A stretch of DNA of 54,527 nucleotides from Flavobacterium sp. (GTDB taxonomy: Bacteria > Bacteroidota > Bacteroidia > Flavobacteriales > Flavobacteriaceae), in assembly GCA_020048955.1 (NCBI GenBank), contig JAIFLT010000044.1:1-54527 (forward strand). The letters run 5' to 3'. Of the stretch, positions 19,871-28,763 are shown in pieces (positions within the stretch are counted from its first letter, which is position 1; the number at the start of each line of letters is the position of its first letter). The notes below the pieces were generated by a model. It saw only the letters and a program-made list of their open reading frames with translations. It did not search any database and had not been told where the DNA came from. The translations under genes and the position numbers were made by a program.

Positions 19871-20926
19871 ATGAAAAAAACACCCATTTTAGTACTCTTT
19901 TTTGTTTTATTAATTTCTTGCAAACCAACTCAAGTTTCTGATGAAACATTTTTTAAAAGTGTGAAAATTGATACTATTTTAAAAGATAAAATCAGTATTC
20001 GACCTATTACAGTTTCTTCTGATACAATTTGGTATGCCGCCGACAAAAATAGAGTAGGGTATGTTAGTTTGATAGACGACAATAAAATGGAACGCAAAAT
20101 CAATAAAGATTCGCTTAAGTTAGAATTTAGAAGTATAGCCCAAACATCGGATGCACTATTTGTTCTTAATGTTGGAAATCCAGCTTTGTTGTATAAATTT
20201 TCTAAAGATTTAAATAAGAAATCCTTAGTTTACGAAGAAAAAAACGAAAAAGTATTTTATGATAGCATGCAGTTTTGGAACAATAAAGAAGGAATTGCTA
20301 TTGGCGATCCTATAGAAAATTGTTTTTGTGTAATTATTACTCGCGATGGAGGAAACTCTTGGAGTAAAGTGCCTTGTGATAAGCTACCTAAAATGCAAGA
20401 AGGTGAAGCGGCTTTTGCTGCAAGCAATACCAATATTATTATTAAAGGAAACAGAACTTGGTTGGTCTCTGGTGGAAAAAAGACAAGAGTTTTCTATTCA
20501 CCTGATAAAGGTTTAACATGGACAGTCTATGAAACTCCAATTGTTCAAGGTGATGCAATGACCGGAATTTTTACAGCTGATTTCTACAACGACAAAATCG
20601 GATTTATTGCTGGTGGAAATTATGAAAAACCTAACCAAAATTTTCAAAATAAAGCACTAACAGTTGATGGCGGAAAAACATGGAAGTTAGTTGGAGAAAA
20701 TACAGGTTTTGGTTATGCTTCGTGTGTTCAGTTTGTTCCTAATAGCAATGGAAAGGAATTGGTTGTTGTGGGTGTCAATGGTTTGTTTTATTCTCACGAC
20801 AGTGGAAATTCTTGGACGCAGTTTAGCAAGGATGCTACATTTTATACCATAAGATTTCTTAACGAAACTACAGCAATAGCTGCAGGAAAAGATAAAATAG
20901 TTAAAATAGTATTCAGTGTTCAATAA
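19871..20926 (+). CDS. BNR/Asp-box beta-propeller lipoprotein (YCF48-like)
   Basis: Lipobox LIS-C; Asp-boxes TRDGGNSW, SPDKGLTW, TVDGGKTW and SHDSGNSW. Confidence 0.85.
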   Translation: MKKTPILVLFFVLLISCKPTQVSDETFFKSVKIDTILKDKISIRPITVSSDTIWYAADKNRVGYVSLIDDNKMERKINKDSLKLEFRSIAQTSDALFVLNVGNPALLYKFSKDLNKKSLVYEEKNEKVFYDSMQFWNNKEGIAIGDPIENCFCVIITRDGGNSWSKVPCDKLPKMQEGEAAFAASNTNIIIKGNRTWLVSGGKKTRVFYSPDKGLTWTVYETPIVQGDAMTGIFTADFYNDKIGFIAGGNYEKPNQNFQNKALTVDGGKTWKLVGENTGFGYASCVQFVPNSNGKELVVVGVNGLFYSHDSGNSWTQFSKDATFYTIRFLNETTAIAAGKDKIVKIVFSVQ

Positions 20927-20943
20927 TCAGTTCATGTAGTATT

Positions 20944-20978
20944 AAAAAAGGCGATTTTATATAGAAAATCGCCTTTTT
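20944..20978. terminator. Bidirectional intrinsic terminator
   Basis: AAAAAAGGCGATTTT...AAAATCGCCTTTTT between convergent genes. Confidence 0.88.
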
Positions 20979-21002
20979 AATTTTAATTACGAACCCTAAA
21001 CA

Positions 21003-21461
21003 CTAATTTCCAATCTTCTTATCACGATATTGTTGAAGTAATTTTTTGCTAAATTCTTCTTCAGCTTTTTTCAATTTTAAAATCTTAGTTGCAGGAAGTA
21101 CACTTTTCAAATTTGTAATAAATTTCTTTCTTAATTGATGAAGTTCGTCTTCAGTACTTTCCATTTGGTTCAACAGATTCGAAGCCTCTTTTTCAGATAA
21201 TTTATCAATTGAATTATCCGTTCTATCTATGTAAACTTTTAATTTTTGCTTCCTGATTTCGTGCTGTTTATCTTCAAAAGCATTATACAAGGGCCAAAAT
21301 TTAGCCGATTCTTCTGGTGTTAAATCCAATTCGTTAGTTATAAAGGCTACTTTCAGAGATTTTACTTGTTCTTTTTTTTCTTTAAATCTACTTCCAGGTT
21401 GAGCAAAACTTGCCACTGAAATTAGTAAAAGTAATAAGGTCATTAATTTATATTTTTTCAT
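21003..21461 (-). CDS. Exported helical protein, ECF-associated sensor (Spy/CpxP-like)
   Basis: Signal peptide; KVAFITNELDLTPEESAKFWPLYN; third gene of the ECF operon. Confidence 0.75.
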   Translation of the reverse strand: MKKYKLMTLLLLLISVASFAQPGSRFKEKKEQVKSLKVAFITNELDLTPEESAKFWPLYNAFEDKQHEIRKQKLKVYIDRTDNSIDKLSEKEASNLLNQMESTEDELHQLRKKFITNLKSVLPATKILKLKKAEEEFSKKLLQQYRDKKIGN

Positions 21462-21473
21462 TTTGATTTTGTT

Positions 21474-21887
21474 TTAGTTTGTAATATAATCTTCAATTTG
21501 TGAATTATTTATAAGCACTTCTTCTAAAGTTTCGTCTTCTATTGAATTGTCTATTTTAATGTTTTCAATATCTACTTTATCCAATAAATTTACAATATCA
21601 TCATCAGACAAAGTAGCGTGTTGCGTTAGATAGGTTTCAATTTCATTGGAATCCATTTCATCACTATTATTTTGTAATTCATTTGCTATTGGAATACTTA
21701 ATGCTAAAACAATAATGGCTGCTGCTGCATAAAAAAGTCTACTGTATTTTGCATAAAATGATAGTATTTTTGGTTCTTCAGTGGGTAACTGATGTAGCAC
21801 TCTCTCTGAAAAAGTTTCAAAGTAATCTTCTGGAATCTTGAATCCGGAGGTTATTTTTTCGTTTGTATTTAATTTAAAATTATTCAT
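21474..21887 (-). CDS. Putative anti-sigma factor
   Basis: GFKIPEDYFETF N-terminal motif, single TM helix, acidic C-terminus; follows the ECF sigma gene. Confidence 0.7.
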   Translation of the reverse strand: MNNFKLNTNEKITSGFKIPEDYFETFSERVLHQLPTEEPKILSFYAKYSRLFYAAAAIIVLALSIPIANELQNNSDEMDSNEIETYLTQHATLSDDDIVNLLDKVDIENIKIDNSIEDETLEEVLINNSQIEDYITN

Positions 21888-21894
21888 ATTTATA

Positions 21895-21919
21895 AGACAA
21901 ATATTGTTTAAAAAGGTTT
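21895..21919 (-). promoter_or_regulatory. Putative ECF-sigma promoter internal to the operon
   Basis: AAACC-N16-GTCT on the minus strand immediately upstream of the anti-sigma ATG. Confidence 0.55.
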
Positions 21920-22460
21920 AATTAGAGTTCAAATATTCTTCAATTTTCTTCACTGCATGATGATAAGAAGCTTTTAATGCACCTACTGAAGTACCTAAAA
22001 TTTCCGACATGTTTTCATATTTTATTTCTTCAAAATATTTCATTTTGAAAACCAATTGCTGTTTTTCTGGCAAAAGAAGAATGGCTTTCTGAAGCTTTAT
22101 TTGTATGTCATTACTATCAAAATAAGTATCTGATTGCAAATTTTCTACAATTTTAGTTTGCATAGCTTCACTTGTAGTTCCGTTGCGTTTGGCTTTGTTA
22201 TTTATGAAAGTTATGGCTTCATTAGTAGCAATTCTATACATCCAAGAAAAGAGTTTGCTATCGCCTTTAAAGTTTTTAAGATGTTGAAACACTTTAATAA
22301 AGGTATTTTGTAAAACGTCATCGGCATCATCGTGATTGAGAACAATATTTCTGATGTGATTATACAATGGTTTCTGATAATCGCGTATGAGCTTTTGAAA
22401 CGCAACATTTTGCGTTTTAGGATTTAACAATTCTTGTATGAAATCTTTTTCTTCTTGCAA
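21918..22460 (-). CDS. ECF RNA polymerase sigma factor
   Basis: DADDVLQNTFIK, FSWMYRIATN and region-4 HTH; TTG at 22460 preferred because the track start at 22508 overlaps the promoter motif. Confidence 0.92.
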   Translation of the reverse strand: MQEEKDFIQELLNPKTQNVAFQKLIRDYQKPLYNHIRNIVLNHDDADDVLQNTFIKVFQHLKNFKGDSKLFSWMYRIATNEAITFINNKAKRNGTTSEAMQTKIVENLQSDTYFDSNDIQIKLQKAILLLPEKQQLVFKMKYFEEIKYENMSEILGTSVGALKASYHHAVKKIEEYLNSN

Positions 22461-22499
22461 TTCAGAAAATTTATCTTTTGTTTTGCTACTACAACAATT

Positions 22500-22524
22500 A
22501 GAATACAAATAAACAAAAAGGTTT
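22500..22524 (-). promoter_or_regulatory. Putative ECF autoregulatory promoter
   Basis: AAACCTTTTT-N11-TTCT, same -35 and spacing as 21895..21919. Confidence 0.5.
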
Positions 22525-22558
22525 AAAAAGAAAGGTTGTTAAGTTTTTTTCAATAATA

Positions 22559-23665
22559 TTATGGAGTAGTAGTTTCAGCAGGTTTTGTAACTGAAGAATT
22601 CACTCTTGTTGAATCGACACGTTTTCTGTAAAAGGGCTTTACTATTGCTTTTGGATAAATAGGTACATAAACTTCGGTCACCCATTTAGAAGGACTTTTG
22701 TTATCATCCATGTTTTTTGAATAAACTTCTATAATTTGCTGCGATGTATTTCTAATTAAATTGTTTTTTGCGATGTATTGATATGCTTGGTTCCAAGTTT
22801 GTTGTGTGTGAGAATAATCTCCTATTAAAGTAGTTTTCAATGCTCTGTAGGGTTTAAGTTCTCTTGATTCTATATCACTTCCCTCAGAAATATGAATAGA
22901 ATCACTTATGGGCATGCAAACTGAAAACCCAATAATATCATTAGTTCTATCATATTGATGATAAATGATAAAGGGTTTTCCATTCATTACTAAACTATTT
23001 TTTTCAAAAAAACGTCTCATTCTTGGTAACATGATTTTTATATTACGAGTTACGTCTTTTTCTTTACATACTTTGAATTGTTTTAAATAATATCCACCTT
23101 TTCTGTTCACAATTCCATTTACTTTTATTGAAAAAGTATTAATTTCATAATCGAGTGTTTTATTTAGATTTTCCAAACTTTTTTCATAAACATCACCAAC
23201 CATAATGTTAATTCCACCATTGAGAAAAGCTAAAACTTTTGATTTAAAATCTAAAGTTCCTTTGCCTCTCCAGGTAACTTTTGTACCTCCTACGGTATCT
23301 TTAAATTTCCAAAATAACTGCGAAGTTTGTCCTTTATAAAACTTTATTTGAGAAATACTATCGTTTTCTTTTACAAAAATAGTTTTCATATTTCCATTAC
23401 CATCATTCCCAATCCAAGAGCATGAAGCACCATTACCTGCAGAAAGTTCGGGATAAGTAAATTTTATAGTTTTGTCTTCTAGTATCCAAGAACCAAAGGT
23501 TTCCCAATTGCGATAATCATTAATATAATTGAAAACGGTAGCTTTCGGGTTTTTGATTACCTTACTTCTTGTTACATCATAATTAGCATCTTGAGTGGCA
23601 ACATACACAGAAAATCCTATAAGAAATAGGAATAATAATAAAAAGATGTATTTAAGTATTCTCAT
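22559..23665 (-). CDS. SRPBCC + GyrI-like effector-binding protein, N-terminally anchored
   Basis: TM helix; SRPBCC-type VFNYINDYRNWETF; GyrI-like GDYSH...IEVY...WVTEVYVPI. Confidence 0.8.
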   Translation of the reverse strand: MRILKYIFLLLFLFLIGFSVYVATQDANYDVTRSKVIKNPKATVFNYINDYRNWETFGSWILEDKTIKFTYPELSAGNGASCSWIGNDGNGNMKTIFVKENDSISQIKFYKGQTSQLFWKFKDTVGGTKVTWRGKGTLDFKSKVLAFLNGGINIMVGDVYEKSLENLNKTLDYEINTFSIKVNGIVNRKGGYYLKQFKVCKEKDVTRNIKIMLPRMRRFFEKNSLVMNGKPFIIYHQYDRTNDIIGFSVCMPISDSIHISEGSDIESRELKPYRALKTTLIGDYSHTQQTWNQAYQYIAKNNLIRNTSQQIIEVYSKNMDDNKSPSKWVTEVYVPIYPKAIVKPFYRKRVDSTRVNSSVTKPAETTTP

Positions 23666-23784
23666 CTGGGGTCGAGCATTCGAGTTGTAAATATAGGAAA
23701 TTAATTTTATTATTAAACAATTCTAAATATAACAGTTAATTTATAATTGAATTTGTAATTAATTATTCAAATAAAACCTAATTT

Positions 23785-23973
23785 TTAATGCTTTAAATAA
23801 ATTTTTATTAAAAAAAGAAGTAAAATAAAACCAAAGAAACCCAATAGTATTTTGTAATTTCCTTTATAAAATTTGTTGTGAAGCGCTTTATCTTTTCCAT
23901 AAGCATAAATCATTGCTATGATAAAAGCAACTAAAAATAGACCAGCAAATACCCATTGACCAGTTGTAAACAT
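23785..23973 (-). CDS. Small two-TM membrane protein
   Basis: MFTTGQWVFAGLFLVAF...HNKFYKG...; internal ATG preferred over the track start at 24003. Confidence 0.7.
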   Translation of the reverse strand: MFTTGQWVFAGLFLVAFIIAMIYAYGKDKALHNKFYKGNYKILLGFFGFILLLFLIKIYLKH

Positions 23974-24051
23974 ATTCTCTAATTTTTCAACAAATTTAGG
24001 CAATTGAAATCATAATTTGTATTTTGGCTTCATAAATTAATTACAAATAAA

Positions 24052-24435
24052 ATGCAAGACAAACTTAATGCAGTAAAAGAGTTTCACACGGCTTTCAAAA
24101 TTGGATATAGTGAAAATATGAAAGCTAGTTTGGGCGAAAGTAAAAACCTACTTCGCTACAATTTAATGAAAGAAGAAAATGAAGAATATCTTGAAGCTGC
24201 TCAAAACGATGATATTGTAGAAATTGCCGATGCTCTAGGTGATATGCTCTACATTTTGTGTGGAACCATTATAGAACACGGATTGCAACACAAAATAGAA
24301 GAAGTATTTGAAGAAATCCAAAGAAGTAATATGAGTAAACTAGGAGAGGACGGAAAGCCAATTTACAGAGAAGACGGAAAAGTAATGAAAGGACCGAATT
24401 ATTTCAAACCGAATTTTGAGGATATTTTGAAGTAG
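24052..24435 (+). CDS. MazG-like nucleoside triphosphate pyrophosphohydrolase
   Basis: EENEEY...EIADALGDMLY, RSNMSKLG and REDGKVMKG. Confidence 0.9.
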   Translation: MQDKLNAVKEFHTAFKIGYSENMKASLGESKNLLRYNLMKEENEEYLEAAQNDDIVEIADALGDMLYILCGTIIEHGLQHKIEEVFEEIQRSNMSKLGEDGKPIYREDGKVMKGPNYFKPNFEDILK

Positions 24436-24438
24436 TCT

Positions 24439-24523
24439 CAGTTTTCAGTCACAGTTTTCAGTCACAGTTTTCAGTCACAGTTTTCAATTTCAGTTTTCAA
24501 TTTCAGTTTTCAATTTCAGTTTT
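24439..24523 (+). repeat. 13-bp tandem repeat array
   Basis: (CAGTTTTCAGTCA)x3 then (CAGTTTTCAATTT)x3 plus a partial copy. Confidence 0.95.
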
Positions 24524-24612
24524 ATTTCTGTTTTTCATCTTGTTTATCCATCCAGTTTGTCATTCCGTAGGAATCTCATCAGAAAATAAATAAGGTATCA
24601 TTTTCAGTTTAC

Positions 24613-24644
24613 AAACTGTGACTGAAAACTGCGACTGAAAACTA
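24613..24644 (-). repeat. Inverted copies of the same 13-bp unit
   Basis: Minus strand reads TAGTTTTCAGTCGCAGTTTTCAGTCACAGTTT right after the GNAT stop. Confidence 0.9.
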
Positions 24645-25139
24645 CTAAAGCATCTTCTGAACAAAAACACTGTGCAACCAGCGGTCAAATTTGAATCCAG
24701 AATCTTTTATGGTTCCTGCAATTTCAAATCCGAATTTCTTGTGAAAATCGATACTACTTTGATTTTCGGAATCAATTACACCAATCATTGTGTGAAGTTT
24801 TTGAGCTTTTGCTAAATCAATTAAGTTTTCTAAAATTAATTTTCCAATGCCTTTTCCAAGATGATTTGAATGTGCATAAACCGAATGTTCGACAGTAAAT
24901 TTATAAGCTTCTCGAAATCGGAATTCACTGTAATAACCAAATCCAACTACCATTTTATCTTCAATAGCCACAATAATTGGAAATCCTTTTTTTAGTTTGT
25001 CATCAAAAATCGCCATCTGATTTTCTAGCGAACGTGGTTGATAATCATACAAAGCAGTGGAATTTAGAATATTATAATTTATAATTTCTAAAATAGCTTG
25101 CGTATCTTCAATTTGGTAAGGTCTGATTTTGATTTCCAT
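24645..25139 (-). CDS. GNAT N-acetyltransferase (YncA/Pat-like)
   Basis: FRFREAYKFTVEHSVY, GKGIGK, SIDFHKKFGF and GFKFDRW. Confidence 0.9.
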   Translation of the reverse strand: MEIKIRPYQIEDTQAILEIINYNILNSTALYDYQPRSLENQMAIFDDKLKKGFPIIVAIEDKMVVGFGYYSEFRFREAYKFTVEHSVYAHSNHLGKGIGKLILENLIDLAKAQKLHTMIGVIDSENQSSIDFHKKFGFEIAGTIKDSGFKFDRWLHSVFVQKML

Positions 25140-25231
25140 GATTCAAAAATAGTAATTTTATGTTATTTGAAAATTATAAGGTCGCTATTATTAACTTAAC
25201 TTTCTTAATAGTTTAATTTAAACTCAAAAAA

Positions 25232-25247
25232 TAACTTTGTAACTTTG
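25232..25247 (+). promoter_or_regulatory. Tandem -7 elements upstream of menD
   Basis: TAACTTTG repeated twice directly. Confidence 0.55.
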
Positions 25248-25298
25248 TAAAATTAAATACCTTTCTATCCGTAGCGCCTTTGTGGCAAAAAAAATATA

Positions 25299-26957
25299 AT
25301 GACGTACCCAAAAATACCTTTAGCACAATCCATCATCGAAATACTTCGTGCTAAAGGAATCACAACCATAATAATATCTCCGGGTTCAAGAAACGCTCCT
25401 TTAACTATAGGGTTTGCAAGTCAACCAGATTTTACTTGTTATAGCATTGCCGACGAACGTTCGGCAGCTTTTTTTGCTGTTGGAATGGCACAACAACTCA
25501 AGAAACCAGTTGTTGTGGTTTGTACTTCTGGTTCGGCATTACTAAATTATTATCCAGCATTTGCAGAAGCATTTTATAGTCAAATTCCGTTTATTGTGAT
25601 TTCTGCCGATAGACCACAAGGCAAGATTGATATTGGTGACGGACAAACCATTCGTCAAGAAAATGTGTTTGAAAATCATTCGTTATTTAATGCCAATCTT
25701 ACTGAAAATGCCTCCGATGAAAATGATTTTTTAATTAATGATGCCATCAATACGGCTTTCTCCAAAAGAGGTCCAGTGCATATCAACGCACCATTTGAAG
25801 AGCCTTTATACGAAACGGTTTCTGAATTAACCGTGGAATCAAAAGTGATTTCGGCAACTAAAAAAGGCTTTATTTTTGACGAACCCATTTCAGAATATGC
25901 CAACATTTGGAACACTTCCAAAAAGAAATTAGTTCTTGTTGGAGTAAACGAACCCAACGCCATTGAGCAAAAATTTCTTGATAAATTAGCCAACGATCCA
26001 TCAGTTGTAGTGATGATTGAAACCACTTCAAATTTGCATCATCCAAAGTTTATTAATACCATAGATTCAATAATTACGCCTTTCACACATGAAGATTTTA
26101 CAGATTTTCAACCCGAAATTTTAGTGACTTTTGGTGGGATGATTGTTTCAAAACGCATCAAAGCTTTTCTAAGAAAATATAAACCAAATCACCATTGGCA
26201 CATAGACGACTTAAGAGCTTATGATACTTTTAATTGTTTGACCAAACATTTTGAAGTGCCACCTAATTTGTTTTTTCAATCGTTTTTTATGATGACAGAA
26301 ACGATTGAAAGCAATTACAATCAATATGCTCAAGATATCAAAGCATTGCGTCAAAAACGTAGTTTAGACTATTTATCCAAAATTCCTTTTACCGATTTTA
26401 AAGTATTTGAAAAAGTGATTCCGGCTTTGCCTAAGAATTCGCAATTACAAATTAGTAACAGTTCGCCAATTCGATACGCACAATTATTTGATATTGAAAA
26501 AAGTATTGAAGTTTTCAGCAATAGAGGCACAAGTGGCATCGACGGAAGTACCTCAACCGCAATTGGAGCAGCTGTAGCAAGCAAAAAGCCAAACGTTTTT
26601 ATTGCAGGCGATATTGGATTTTTATACGACAGTAACGCACTTTGGAACAATTACATTCCGAAAAATTTCAAAATTATTTTGATTAATAATGGAGGAGGAG
26701 GTATTTTCAGGATTCTTCCCGGTCACGATGAAACGCCAGTTTTTAATACTTTTTTCGAGACTTCTCATTGCTTAACGGCGGAACATTTATGCAAAATGTA
26801 CGGATTGAACTATCTTACAGCCAGTACCGAAACCACTTTAGAAGAAAGTTTAAAAGCAATGTTTTCAAATGATGAAAAACCAACTTTATTAGAAGTTTTT
26901 ACACCAACTTTGGAAAACGATAAGGTTTTGTTGCAGTATTTTAGGGAGTTGGTTTAG
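25299..26957 (+). CDS. menD: SEPHCHC synthase MenD
   Basis: SPGSRNAPL, DERSAAF, CTSGSA, NRGTSGIDG, and the ThDP motif GDIGFLYDSN...NNGGGGIF. Confidence 0.95.
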   Translation: MTYPKIPLAQSIIEILRAKGITTIIISPGSRNAPLTIGFASQPDFTCYSIADERSAAFFAVGMAQQLKKPVVVVCTSGSALLNYYPAFAEAFYSQIPFIVISADRPQGKIDIGDGQTIRQENVFENHSLFNANLTENASDENDFLINDAINTAFSKRGPVHINAPFEEPLYETVSELTVESKVISATKKGFIFDEPISEYANIWNTSKKKLVLVGVNEPNAIEQKFLDKLANDPSVVVMIETTSNLHHPKFINTIDSIITPFTHEDFTDFQPEILVTFGGMIVSKRIKAFLRKYKPNHHWHIDDLRAYDTFNCLTKHFEVPPNLFFQSFFMMTETIESNYNQYAQDIKALRQKRSLDYLSKIPFTDFKVFEKVIPALPKNSQLQISNSSPIRYAQLFDIEKSIEVFSNRGTSGIDGSTSTAIGAAVASKKPNVFIAGDIGFLYDSNALWNNYIPKNFKIILINNGGGGIFRILPGHDETPVFNTFFETSHCLTAEHLCKMYGLNYLTASTETTLEESLKAMFSNDEKPTLLEVFTPTLENDKVLLQYFRELV

Positions 26958-27391
26958 GAATGCTTCTTCCAATATCGTTTACCATAATTACAGAAAATCT
27001 CTTCACCAGATTTTATTTTTCGAATAGCCATTAAGCACACATTGTTGTTTTCGTCTAAGGTGATTTTGGCATTGTTTTTAAAATTGTCCCGAAACTTCGG
27101 GATTGAAAAACTACTGGCATCATTGGCATATTTAGCAAAACAATCAGTGTTTTTGCAATCTAAAATTGTTCCATTCAATAAATTCATGAAATACTGATTG
27201 GTTTTATTATTAGCTCTAAATTCAGCTTCACTATCTGATAAAACTTCTCCTTTAAATAGTGAAATAATTTCGTCTTTATAAATGTCAATAACCGTAAACA
27301 AACCTTTTCCCGAATTAGGAAGTTGTGAAGTTTGGATATACAAATAATCCGATTCTTCGGCTTGAATTTTATTTTGGTCGTTTTCTGGCAT
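26954..27391 (-). CDS. SET-domain protein
   Basis: SGKGLF, AKYAND and IKSGEEIFCNYG; ATG at 27391 preferred; stop overlaps the menD stop by 4 nt. Confidence 0.88.
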   Translation of the reverse strand: MPENDQNKIQAEESDYLYIQTSQLPNSGKGLFTVIDIYKDEIISLFKGEVLSDSEAEFRANNKTNQYFMNLLNGTILDCKNTDCFAKYANDASSFSIPKFRDNFKNNAKITLDENNNVCLMAIRKIKSGEEIFCNYGKRYWKKHS

Positions 27392-27438
27392 TTTGAATAT
27401 ATAATACCCAAATATAATCAATTTCAATACAAACCATC

Positions 27439-27470
27439 AATTCGTAATTTATAATTCATAATTCATAATT
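27439..27470 (+). repeat. Heptamer tandem repeat
   Basis: AATTCGT AATTTAT AATTCAT AATTCAT AATT. Confidence 0.7.
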
Positions 27471-27506
27471 GCTATTTTGTACCTTTACACAAATTATACG
27501 CATATT

Positions 27507-28337
27507 ATGAAGATTGGACAGTTCAATACACTAACGATAGATAGAGATACTCAAGTAGGTTTATTTCTTACCAATGGAAAAGAAGATGTTTTATTACCAA
27601 ATAAATACGTTCCAAAAGTATTTGAAATTGGTGAACAAATGACTGTTTTTGTCTATCTTGATCATGAAGAACGTCCAGTGGCGACAACGTTAGTACCTTA
27701 TATTTTCTTAAATGAATTTGCACTTTTGCGAGTAAATTATATCAATCAAATAGGTGCTTTTATGGATTGGGGAATGGAGAAAGACATTTTGGTTCCGTTT
27801 AAAGAGCAAGCACGTCCTATGGAAAAAGGAAAACGTTACTTGGTGTATCTTTATATGGACGAAAAAACCAATAGGTTAGTGGCTTCTAGTAAAACCAACC
27901 AGTTTTTGGATAACGAAAACATCACAGTTGAAAAAGGAGAAGAAGTAGATTTAATTATTTCACACATTACCGAAATCGGAATCAACGTAATCATCAACCA
28001 AAAGCACAAAGGTTTGGTGTATAAAGATGAGGTTTATGACGATGCCATTCGTACTGGCGACAAAATGAAAGGCTATATAAAATTGGTGCGTCCTGACGGA
28101 AAAATTGATGTTTCGTTACACAAACAAGGTTTTGAAAGCATCGAACCCAATTCAGAAATTATCATGAACGAATTGAGAGCCAGTCGAGGTTTCTTGCGAT
28201 TAAATGATAATTCAAATCCAGAAGATATTAAGACGGTTTTGAAAATGAGTAAGAAAACCTTCAAGAAAGCAATCGGACATTTGTATAGAGAAAAATTGAT
28301 TGAAATTAAAGACGATGGGATTTATTTAATACAATAA
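27507..28337 (+). CDS. cvfB: S1-domain RNA-binding protein, CvfB/YitL family
   Basis: VLLP, VFVYLDHEER, GAFMDWG and C-terminal winged helix MSKKTFKKAIGHLY; ATG at 27507. Confidence 0.88.
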   Translation: MKIGQFNTLTIDRDTQVGLFLTNGKEDVLLPNKYVPKVFEIGEQMTVFVYLDHEERPVATTLVPYIFLNEFALLRVNYINQIGAFMDWGMEKDILVPFKEQARPMEKGKRYLVYLYMDEKTNRLVASSKTNQFLDNENITVEKGEEVDLIISHITEIGINVIINQKHKGLVYKDEVYDDAIRTGDKMKGYIKLVRPDGKIDVSLHKQGFESIEPNSEIIMNELRASRGFLRLNDNSNPEDIKTVLKMSKKTFKKAIGHLYREKLIEIKDDGIYLIQ

Positions 28338-28763
28338 AAAAATTGATATTCTTATAGGATATCAACACAGAATCTAACGGCACTAACCATTTTAAAATTA
28401 CAATTGGTATAAAATTAAAAAAAGGGGTAGAAAATTTAGTTTTTCTATTCCTTAATTTTCTTAAAATAACTACAACTCTGCTGCTTTTATATGTTAGATG
28501 ACTTAATATTTTGAAATAGAAAATGCAAGTAAAGTCCTTAAAAGATGATTGTTATAAAGATGGATTCAAGAAAAAACGTATTAGGTTTCTATAAAATCAT
28601 AATTACATCAAGACCAAATGGCTTTTAAGTAACAGAATATTATGCCAAATTACTTTATAAAATAGCCTAAAAATAGGCAGTTGTTTTTTAGTTGGTGGCA
28701 ATTTTAACACACCCCAATTGTAACTAACTATTTTTTTAAAGACCAATTAAGAAAAAGAAAATA

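Noticed and set aside
24439-24523. Possible CRISPR array
   Set aside because: 13-bp units are contiguous with no unique spacers, and there are no cas genes
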